A stretch of DNA of 64,000 bases from Octopus sinensis (lineage: Eukaryota), in the NCBI RefSeq assembly GCF_006345805.1, contig NC_042999.1, positions 133,362,001 to 133,426,000 on the forward strand, written 5' to 3'. The notes below the pieces were generated by a model. That model saw nothing but the letters and a program-made list of their open reading frames with translations, ran no database searches and had not been told where the DNA came from. Within the stretch, counting starts at the first letter, position 1; each line of letters begins with the position of its first letter. Positions 54,166 to 64,000 of the stretch are shown one piece after another. The translations under genes were made by a program, and so were the position numbers.

Positions 54166-54679
54166 TATCGAGGTTGAGCAAAGATATTCTATAAAACTCA
54201 CACGGAATAAAAGAAAAAAGCTTTTCAGAACGCGCACAAACTTATATACATACATATATCCATGCACATATAAACACAAGCATACACATTCTACTTCGGC
54301 ACTATATATACTAAAAGTGGAAGGATACATAGAAGGTTAGCATTCCCCTCTGCGCAAAGATGACACACGAATTCGTGAAGAGTTCCACAGTTTTTCCATT
54401 GGTCACAGCTTTAGGGCTCGAACATACAAAAGAATAAAAGAATAAAGGAATGTGCGTGTGTGTAGAGAGAGAGAGTTAGAAGTGGTGCACAGATATTCAA
54501 TATTAAGAAGAGACGAGGTCGCCAGAATTTTGGGAAAAGTATTTTTTAAATCTAAAAATTATTTTTCTAAAATTCTGGGACCTCCGCTTTTCTCAATATA
54601 TATATATGTACACGCACATACATATATACACATATATACATATATCGAACTTATATGTGTATCTATCCATCTCTTTCTC

Positions 54680-54728
<49 letters not shown>

Positions 54729-54735
54729 ATATATA

Positions 54736-54858
<123 letters not shown>

Positions 54859-55369
54859 GTATGTATATATAAAACGTATGTATATCTATATATTGTATAT
54901 ATATATACTTATATATACAAATGTATATGTGTGTGTAGTGTGTACACACACACACACATATACATGTATATATATATATGTATGTATCTGTATAAGTATA
55001 CATATAACTATGTTTGTATATACATAAAAGTCTGCAGAGTTACAAATATCTCATTTCTCTTCCAATGCATTGGATGACCCTAACCTATGGTGCAATATAT
55101 GTTACTGTTCTATGCAATGAGACCGAACACGGATCGATACGGTTGCGAAGCGAACCTTTTGAACACAACGCATCTGTTCCTGTACCTGTATCCTGTCCAT
55201 ACAGTAAGGTCTATTTATTCCTGTCCTGTTTCTTCAGACCACCTAATAAATGAAAAAAAAGAAAAGAAAGAAAACATATATTTATTCATTCATTTATGCT
55301 CTGCTATTACGCAATATAGTATTAATCACTACAATGATAATGATGATCCGATAATGATGATGACTTGAT

Positions 55370-55459
55370 AACAACATTAATAACAACAACAACGTCAATA
55401 ATAACAGCAACAGCAGCAGCAGCAACAGCAGCAACAACAGCAACAACAACAACAATAAC

Positions 55460-55506
<47 letters not shown>

Positions 55507-55576
55507 TGATAATAATAATAATATTAATATTAATAATAATAATGATAATAATAATAATAATAAAATAATAATAATA

Positions 55577-55617
<41 letters not shown>

Positions 55618-55632
55618 TAATAATAATAATAA

Positions 55633-55663
<31 letters not shown>

Positions 55664-55677
55664 AAGAAGAAGAAGAA
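55370..55677. repeat. (AAC/AGC)n-(AAT)n-(GAA)n microsatellite flanking the Dong-like element
   Basis: Seen directly. Confidence 0.95.
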
Positions 55678-55779
55678 TTGAAGGAACCCTGCCCTGGTAG
55701 TAGCTGGACGTGTCTTTCGCTGCTCTGATAAGTCAGCAGCTGAAGACACAGGAATTCTACTACAACTGAAAAACAACTT

Positions 55780-56940
55780 TTAAAAACTGGAATATCTAAA
55801 AGTCTTCGTGAGTACCTAAAATCTCATTCTAATTAGCTTTAAAAACCTGATTATCTACAATTCTCTCTGGTTGAACACACAAACAATCATCTTTAAAAAC
55901 TTTAATATCTACAATTTCCTATGAATACTCAAAACTCTTCTTTTCTCTCTGACTAGCCAAATTTGTAAACATCCCTTTTTTTCTCTGCAAGAACACTCTT
56001 AGACCCCTCCGGTTATCCAACTTAAGCAATTTATATATATAGAAATTATATATATATATATGCACAGACATTCTATTACAATCCAAAAACATTTTTTTGA
56101 AAGCTGAAGTATCTATAATCCTCTGTGAGTATTTAAAATCTCATTCTAAATAACTTTAAAAACTTGACTATCTACAGTATTCTCTGGACGGACACACAAA
56201 CGATCATCTTTAAAACATTAATATCTACAATATTATGTGAAAAGTAAAACTTCCCGTGAACACACAAACGATCATCTTTAAGAACTTTAATATCTACACT
56301 GTACTGTGAATAGCCAAATATGTAAAAATTTTCTCTGCAAGAACACTCTTAAACGCCTCTGTCTATCTTTACTTAAACAATTTAAAGGCTTAAAAACTTG
56401 ATTATATTCAGTTTTCTCTGGACGAACACACAAATAATCATCTTTAAAAACTTTAATATCTACAATCTTATGTAAAAAAAAAATGTGCAGGAGTGGCTGT
56501 GTGGTATGTAGCTTGCTAACCAACCACATGGTTCCGGGTTCAGTCCCACTGCGTGGCATCTTGGGCAAGTGTCTTCTGCTATAGCTCCGGGCCGACCAAT
56601 GCCTTGTGAGTGGATTTGGAAGACGGAAACTGAAAGAAGCCTTTCATATATATGTATATATATATGTGTGTATGTGTGTGTGTTTGTGTGTTTGTCCCCC
56701 TAGCATTGCTTGACAACCTATGCTGGTGTGTTTATGTCCCCGTTACTTAGCGGTTCGGCAAAAGAGACCGATACAAAGAATAAGTCCTGGGGTCGATTTG
56801 CTCGACTAAAGGCGGTGCTCCAACATGGCCGCAGTCTAATGACTGAAACAAGTAAAAGAGTAAAAGAGTAAAGAGAGTAATTGCTAAACACACACAAACG
56901 GTCATCTTTAATATATACATTGTACTGTGGTTAATCTGGA
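55780..56940 (+). repeat. Imperfect ~100-130-bp tandem repeats (putative 5' UTR array), interrupted by a SINE
   Basis: gaacacacaaac.atcatctttaaaaactttaatatctaca recurs at ~55875, 56190, 56258, 56423 and 56888. Confidence 0.75.
56487..56880 (+). mobile_element. Full-length tRNA-derived SINE; fragments of this family also at ~5944-6360, 7225-7392, 14970-15030, 29920-30060, 31490-31850, 40640-41030, 41960-42110, 46995-47135
   Basis: gcaggagtggctgtgtggt...ggttccgggttcagtcccactgcgtgg head, internal (TA/TG)n, gactgaaacaagtaaaagag tail. Confidence 0.85.
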
Positions 56941-59900
56941 AGCGCGTTCCCCAGAGAAGAGCCAGCCTGGGATCGAAAAGTCATCAACTGGCACAAACTC
57001 TTCTCCGAATACGGACATGGATGGTCACTTGAACGGGAAATTCCCCAACTCGAGCCCTCCAAGTTCACCACCACAGAAAGAAAAATGTAAGCGGAACAAA
57101 TGGACCCGAGAAGAGTATAAAGAAGTAATATACGCTTATTACTATGCATTAGGTAGGCCATCTCAAGAGAGACACACCGCAAACTCTTACAGTATATGGA
57201 GAACACGGAATCAAGACAGTAGACCCTATTTGGACGAGAACAAACTGGCAAATGTGAGAAGGGATATCCTTAGAAATAATAGACTCACAGACAGTGAAAT
57301 AAGCGCGATCAAGCACGCAACGGAAAATGACATAAATATAAGACACAAAGGAAATGAAGAATCAGATGAACAGAATAGCCCGCCACGAGGCTTAATTGAA
57401 AGACTGTCATCTGACCAAAGCACGCAAAAGCCTGAAGATACAAGAAATTCTATTGAACCTGTTAAAGATAGTCACGAAAATGAAAAAACAACAGTAACTG
57501 AAGATCTCGCATTTGCTGAAGAACACAGAGAGTCTCTGGCAGAAATGAGGTAGAAAATCCTGAATACGCTTGAAATTGTAAGACATACAAGTATGAATGA
57601 TAGAGAACCACTTTATAAACTCTCAAATACAAACCAAAATAAAAAACAAATCAAAATTGGCAACTATGTAACAAATGAAATAATACAAGAATTAAAACCT
57701 GATTTTACTGAGTTAAATGAAATTATTTACGCTTCTGCTAGGGCAATTGAAACCAGCTGTATGACCCGAAAAAACAAAGAAAACCAAACCTGGGAAGATA
57801 TCAAACCTGGAGAAGTAAAATTGAAAAAGAGATTGAATTTATGAGAGGGGAAATATCAATATTAGATGAACTAATATGTGGAAATGATGTAAGATCCAGA
57901 ACAGGAAGAAAGATGAAGAGAAAATTTGGATCCGCAAGCTACTTACCACACAGCCACTCCTGCACAGAAACGCTGAAACAAAAAGTCCAAGCAAAAGCTC
58001 AAAGAATACGAAGATTTGAGAAGAGAAACAAGTTTTACAAGCAAAATAAGTTGTTCACATCCAATGCCAAAAAATTCTACAGAGAAATAGGTAAGGAGAA
58101 AGTAACCGTTAAAGACCCTTCTCCCATGGAAGAAGTTCAAAACTTTTGGAAAAGGATTTGGAGTGACGAGAAGACGTACAACATAAAAGCAGAATAGATT
58201 ATACAAACAGAAGGATCCTACCAAAATTTACAACAAGCATGGGAAGACATCACAATAGCAGACCTCACTAGCAGAAAGGCACTCACGAAGGCACATAATT
58301 GGAAATCCCCCGGTAAAGATAGGGTGCCGAATTTCTGACTCTCATCGCTCCCATGCGCACACGGTAAGCTAGTTCAGCTGTTCAACGAAATTATGAGAGA
58401 CCCAAAGAAAACACCTGAATGGTTAGCAAGTGGTATTGATTACCTACTCCCAAAGAATAACGAAACCAAACTTCCAAAAAACTATCGGCCTATAACCTGT
58501 TTATTCACCACGTATAAAATCCTAACATATATCCTGGTGGAGAAAACATATGCATTCATGGAGAAGAACGATATTTTCCCCACTGAACAAAAAGGGTGCC
58601 GCCGAGGCTCATACGGATGCAAAGATCAACTGCTAATTAATCGTATGATCCTTGAGAACTGTCACAACAAGCGCAGAAATCTCAGCTCCGCATGGATTGA
58701 CTATAAAAATGCCTTCGACAGTATACCGCATCGATGGATCTTGAGATCGCTGGACATCTTCAAAATTTCCCCTGTGATTTTAAGCTTCCTGAAGCATAAT
58801 ATGTCGTTGTGGAATACGAATCTCCAATTATACCACTCTAATGGAGTACTTGCCTCAGAGAATATAAACATCAACTGTGACATTTTTCAAGGTGACTCAC
58901 TTTCACCTCTAATATTCTGCATAGCCCTAATACCCCTTACAAGTGAATTAAACAGAACAGGGTATGGGTATAAAATTGTCAATAAAAAAATAAGCCAGCT
59001 ATTTTATATGGATGACTTAAAACTCTATGGTAAAGACGATAATGAACTTGAAGGCCTATTGCGCACTGTAAAAGCATTCAGTGATGACATCGGGATGGAG
59101 TTTGGGCTTGAGAAGTGTGCCAAGGCCACTTTCCAGAAAGGGAAAGTGAAGACCACAAATTCAGTCGTGTTAGATGTTGACTCAGTCATAGAGAGCTTGA
59201 GCAAGAAACACAACCTACAAATATTTAGGGATAAATGAGGCTCTGGTATTCAGCATGCAAGCATGAAAGAGAAGGTCAGGAAGGAATGTTATAGGAGAGT
59301 TCGAGCAGTCTTGAAATCTGAACTAAATGCACGTAACAAGGTGTTAGCTATGAATTCCTTAGCAGCTCCAGTTGTTACTTATAGCTACAATGTGTTGAAC
59401 TGGAATATGAGTGAAGTAAAGAAAATAGATAGGAAAATACGCAAGCTGCTGAGTTGTAATAGGATGCACCACCCAAAGGCAGACGTAGATCGCCTTTACC
59501 TCCCCAGAGCCCAAGGAGGTCGAGGTCTGATCCAATTTGAACTAGCTTACAAACAACCACAATTGGACTGGCCAAATATCTTGAAATAACGAATGATGGA
59601 TGCTAAAGCTCGTGGAAAATCCGAGAGAGGAAGAAGCTTCATTCTATCATCAAGGAAAGCAAAAAAGTGCTATTGATCTCGTGCAGGATACCCAAACTGA
59701 ACAACCCGAGGAGGTAGTACGGCAACTATTGTTGCAAAGAAGGTGAAAAATAATGGCAACGAAAAAAGCGCACGAGCCAATTGGCTGATAGGTGGGAGGG
59801 AGAAACCTCTGCCACGGCCAAATCTGTGGCCGTAGAAAAAGCTGATGTTGACCAGAAGCAATCCCATCAGTGGCTATGGAGCTCAGGGCTAAAAGCAGAG

Positions 59901-60548
59901 AGCGAAGGTTTCATCCTGGGCTGTCCGATCAAAGCTTACTTACCTGGAACTACCAGGCCAATGTGATGAAAAATGGAGCAGACCTAAAATGCCGATTCTG
60001 CAACACATGATTGAAACAATGGAACCACCTAATCTCTGGATGTAAAGTCTTAGCACCAGTGGATTAAATTAAGACATGACAGAGTTGGCCAATATCTACA
60101 CTGGCTAATAAGTCGGCATTACAATATCAAAACTGCCGACAAGTGGTATAATCACCACCTGAAGCTGTAACTGAAGGAGAAAATGTAACGATTCTGTGGG
60201 ACTTTCCAGTACATACAGACGACCATCAAAGCCAATAACCGGATATTGTTGTGAAAAGACCCAAACAAAAAGTTTGCTTATTGATTGACATGAGCATCCC
60301 CTGTGATCATAATATCCGGCGAAAGAATTTGAAAGCTCAGAAAATATAAAGACTTGCTCATTGAAATTAAGAAAATGTGGCATCCCAAGGCGGTTACAAT
60401 ACCAGTGATCGTAGGAGCACTAGGAATGATCAAGAAGGGAACCGAAAATTATATGAGAATGATCTCTGGCTTACCATCCCTGCAAGAATTGCAAAATATT
60501 GTCTTAACTGGTACATCACACGTTTTGAGAAGAGCATTGTCGATGTGA
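56927..60548 (+). pseudogene. Single-ORF RLE retrotransposon protein (N-terminal Myb-like region, RT, CCHC, endonuclease), with stops and frameshifts
   Basis: KWTREEYKEVIYAYY...ENKLANVRRDILRN; KNYRPITCL; TEQKGCRRGSYGCKDQL; QGDSLSP; YMDDLKLY; HHPKADVDRLYLPRAQGGRGL; VTIPVIVGALGMI...LQNIVLTGTSHVLRRAL. Confidence 0.9.
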
Positions 60549-60721
60549 GAACTATTACTACCCATGTATTTTAATTTAACTTTATTTCTATAAAAAAAAT
60601 GAACGAACTAGTGAGTTTAGTTTAATCGCCTACCAATGTATACAATGAGTTTCTTTGCCCTAGGAGTCAGGAAGACACTCGGCAAGAAATGGAAGCAAAT
60701 TTGAAAGAAGAAGAAAAACCC

Positions 60722-60724
60722 ATA

Positions 60725-60756
<32 letters not shown>

Positions 60757-60773
60757 GAATAATAATAGTAGTA

Positions 60774-60858
<85 letters not shown>

Positions 60859-60878
60859 TAATAATAATAATGATAATA

Positions 60879-60940
<62 letters not shown>
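60722..60940. repeat. (AAT)n-(GAT)n microsatellite
   Basis: Seen directly. Confidence 0.95.
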
Positions 60941-60942
<2 letters not shown>

Positions 60943-62001
60943 GTTCCGAAGCCATTAAAAAAAAGAAGATTTGAAGTAGTGAAACAATTGAAGAGTGTTT
61001 GGTATGCTAAGCTAAGCTATTTCAGTTACCGTCATATAAAAATAAAGATTTTTGAAGATTACGGAATGGCTGGAGTGGGGCGGAGTTAGCCTTTGAGTGA
61101 CATACAATCTAAATTATAGCACTTCTCCCTTCTTCATGGTCCTCACTCCAGTTCTTTTTCACTTACGGTAAACGCACATCTAAGCTACTACCTACACGCA
61201 TACATCCATGCACTCTGGAACACAGTCACTTAGAGAACGCATTTACAAACTTAATCATAACGACGTTCTTAGACACAAATACCACAAGCATACAATACAA
61301 GCACAGACACACGTACATTATATATATATATTATCTATATATATATATATAGACTATATATATATATATATACTATATATATATTAAATATATATATATA
61401 TATATGTCGTGTGTGTTATGTATGTATGTATGCAGTTATATACTTCACATGCATATATATGAATACACACACACATGTATATATATATATATATATATAT
61501 GCATGCATATGTGTGTGTGTGTGTGTGTATACGCACATTCACAAATATACAGATACGCACGTGCGCACACGTATAGTAGAACTACAGACGACAAGTGCAC
61601 GTTAATATGGCGGCAAGGATTAAGAAAGCAAAAATATGAAAAAAGAATGAGAGGAATAACAACAAAAGAAAACAACAGTAAGATGTATAAAGAAAGAATG
61701 AAACAAATGAAGAAAGGAGGAAAAAAATGAAACACTTTCTTCATTCAATGAAAGAGAGACAAATTTTGTAAGAAATGTTCTTAAAATGATTATAAAAAAA
61801 CTAAATCATTATAGAAATATAAACACTTGTAAAAATTGATGGGTAAAAGAAAATTAGAAAGAATAAGAACGAAAGAAAAGAACATTCAAATGGAGATAAA
61901 AGGAGAAAGAGGGAGTCTATGAGAAGGAAAATTAAAACGGGTGATAAAGAAACAAAATGGCCGTAGGAAGATGGAGACAAATAGTAAAATGGCGTCTTTA
62001 C

Positions 62002-62121
62002 CATTGCAGTTGTCAGTTTTCTTTCCACTGTATTAGATCTCTGAATAGCGGTACCAAATATAGCTCCATCCAGTGGCGCCAGTTTCCTTAAAAACTTCTC
62101 TTTCAAATTCCTTACATAAAC
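62002..62121 (-). CDS. Candidate exon, anoctamin/TMEM16 N-terminal (dimerisation domain)-like
   Basis: Acceptor ttcttgttgtattgcaattag|, donor ATG|GTAAAG; 120 nt, phase 0 to 0; VYVRNLKEKFLRKLAPLDGAIFGTAIQRSNTVERKLTTAM. Matches ANO1-type F.R.....F and D...F.....RS..V...L with identical spacing within each block (ANO1 sequence recalled from memory, not searched). Confidence 0.62.
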
Positions 62122-62679
62122 CTAATTGCAATACAACAAGAATACTTCTACACCAGCGCCAATAAATAAACCATCAACGAATCAATGTAGAAAGGAGCCT
62201 TTAAGTGATCGCATGTCCTGCTAAAAATGGCAACTAAATCGCCCGTGAAGACACTATATTGTCTTTTTTTTTTTACAAAATAAAAGAAGAAAATAAACGT
62301 GTTATATAATGACGTCCGAGATGCACTATGTCTGAAAAGAAGCGGGATGGTCATTAGCTAGAAAGTATTTCGATCGTAGATTTTCACGATCAAGGCTGAC
62401 TCGATTCTGAAGAAGAACAACAGCAAGTACAATGATACTACCACCGTGACTGCTATCACTACCATCTCCATAACAGCCACATAATTACATAAACTCTCTT
62501 ATAACCGTGGTAATAGTAGCAACAGCAGCAGTAACCTTGTTAGCCTTCGAGTACATAGTTGGTATGCGTATTACCTGAGAAATGTTCAGAGGGGCATCAG
62601 CTCTTAGTCTGATTTGAGTGCACCTTCACCGTCAAACGATTTCGAGTTGTTATTTGTTCCTTCCAGAGCTATGCCTGGC

Positions 62680-62945
62680 TGATAAGGGTCGGTTTCCCAG
62701 TTTCATTGGCGTATAGGTTCGCCACCTGGATGGGACGCCGGTCTGTCGAAGGTGAGCTGCTAGATGCAGGATGTAAAGAGTGAAAGTTGTGGCCAAAGAA
62801 TCAGAAGTTTGCCATTACCTTCTGCCGGAGCCGCGTGCAGTTTAGATGTTTCGCTCAAAAACACAACATCGCCTGGTTTGAGATTCGGTCTCGTGGTCCC
62901 TCGACTGGGAGTCTGCTGCTCTAACCACAAGCCCACGTGCCTCCA
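62680..62945 (-). mobile_element. tRNA-derived SINE with V/Meta-like domain
   Basis: ctggatgggacgccggtctgtcgaagg domain and a tRNA-like head (gtggaggcacgtgggcttgtggttagagc on the minus strand). Confidence 0.6.
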
Positions 62946-63399
62946 CAACGGTTTGGAGTAGTGAATAAATTAATTGGCCGGACTAACAGCTATGTTGTGC
63001 CCTCTGTAGGTTAAATTAGTGACTAATCACAGTGGGAGATAGATAACTTTCGAGCGTCTATCATTGACTAGATCAAGGAAGGTTGAAATCACTCGATCTG
63101 GTGGTCTCGGCACAGGAGTTGGTAGGGTTTATCTCCCCGCTTATGATATAAACAAGCGGGCATTTTGCACCAAAAGCCTATATGAAGATCTCTCTCATGG
63201 TGTCTACCGCAGTAAAGTTTGTTTTAATAGAACATCAGCATTTAAGTGGGGATAAACAAATGATATATTGCTCACAGTGATGGGATGATAAAGTTTGAGC
63301 TTCTGCAGCATTTGGGGGGAATAGGTCTATGGAGTGAATGAGAACTTTTTTTTTTCTACTGACGATATGATGAGCTGTGATCAAAACGTCGCAACCCCA

Positions 63400-63950
63400 C
63401 CGCAATAACACCCTTTAGCGATAACAACATCATCATAATCAATTCCACTGCAACCAGCACATCAACACACCCAAAATCCAATAAACACTACAATCAACAA
63501 AAACTTGACACCATGACATCATCACCGCTACCGCCACAAATCCACTACTACACAACCATTTCCTTAACGCAACCACATCAATCACCAAGAACGACTACAA
63601 CTAGCCCATCCCTCCACCACATCCACCACCACCACCAATACCACCACCACCACATCAATACACGACAGACAGAAAAGCCTCCACCAGTCCACAACCACAA
63701 CCAACCGTAACCTCAACCATATCCATTCCGACCGCCACTACAACGAACTACATCATCATCATCATCATCATCATCAACATGAGCACCAGCGCAACTACAA
63801 CAGTAACGACACCATTATCACCACTGCATCACCAAACACCATCACACCACCACCACTAAAGCCTTCACCATAATCACCACAACGTCAGCTGGTAACCGGT
63901 GTCAAAACCACCACCGCCACCACCACTAGCATACACATCGGCTATCACTT
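63400..63950. repeat. Degenerate (CAC/CAT)n low-complexity tract
   Basis: Seen directly. Confidence 0.85.
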
Positions 63951-64000
63951 AACTTATTGTTGACATAAGAATTACAGTCACGAAGAAAGAATCAACTACA

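Larger units (their letters stand above)
55678..60725 (+). mobile_element. Near full-length R4/Dong-type RLE non-LTR retrotransposon; the 5' boundary is inferred
   Basis: Coding relic 56927-60548; 3' end runs into (AAT)n at 60725; the 55780-56940 tandem repeats lead directly into the ORF and are interpreted as the 5' UTR. Confidence 0.8.

Noticed and set aside
54515-54584. 70-bp imperfect palindrome
   Set aside because: Probably a small MITE remnant; no further structure or second copy in the window.
55036-55203. Plus-strand open frame with CA|GTAAGG donor ([12 protein letters not shown]...SCPY)
   Set aside because: Weak acceptor next to a microsatellite, no homology recognised, no partner exons.
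63355-63395. CTGACGA...aaacGTC hammerhead-like string
   Set aside because: G12 missing and no stem I pairing.

Overview
Repeat-dominated, AT-rich eukaryotic genomic DNA. The microsatellite density and the tRNA-derived SINE types suggest a coleoid cephalopod, probably octopus; this is inferred from repeat style, not from a database search. Nearly all ORFs in the supplied track are microsatellite artefacts. Well-supported content: (i) a Penelope-like element (RT + GIY-YIG relic) with an inverted pseudo-LTR, plus many other pLTR-like pieces and long palindromes that carry about 16 type I minimal hammerhead ribozyme motifs with co-varying palindromic stem III; (ii) two R4/Dong-type RLE non-LTR elements, each sitting in a (TAA)n array; (iii) a decayed Ty3/Gypsy element with a SINE and a Helitron nested in its integrase, and a second Helitron with the same 3' terminus; (iv) mariner, CR1-like and RTE-like relics and many SINEs; (v) a 100-N assembly gap. 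Scattered minus-strand exons with good splice signals and compatible phases (62002-62121, 30080-30156, 18961-19218, possibly 8694-8820) splice into a peptide that matches anoctamin/TMEM16 N-terminal motifs in the right order and largely the right spacing, but is very divergent. If that gene is real, most of the window is intron and the minus-strand ribozymes lie in the sense strand of its pre-mRNA.
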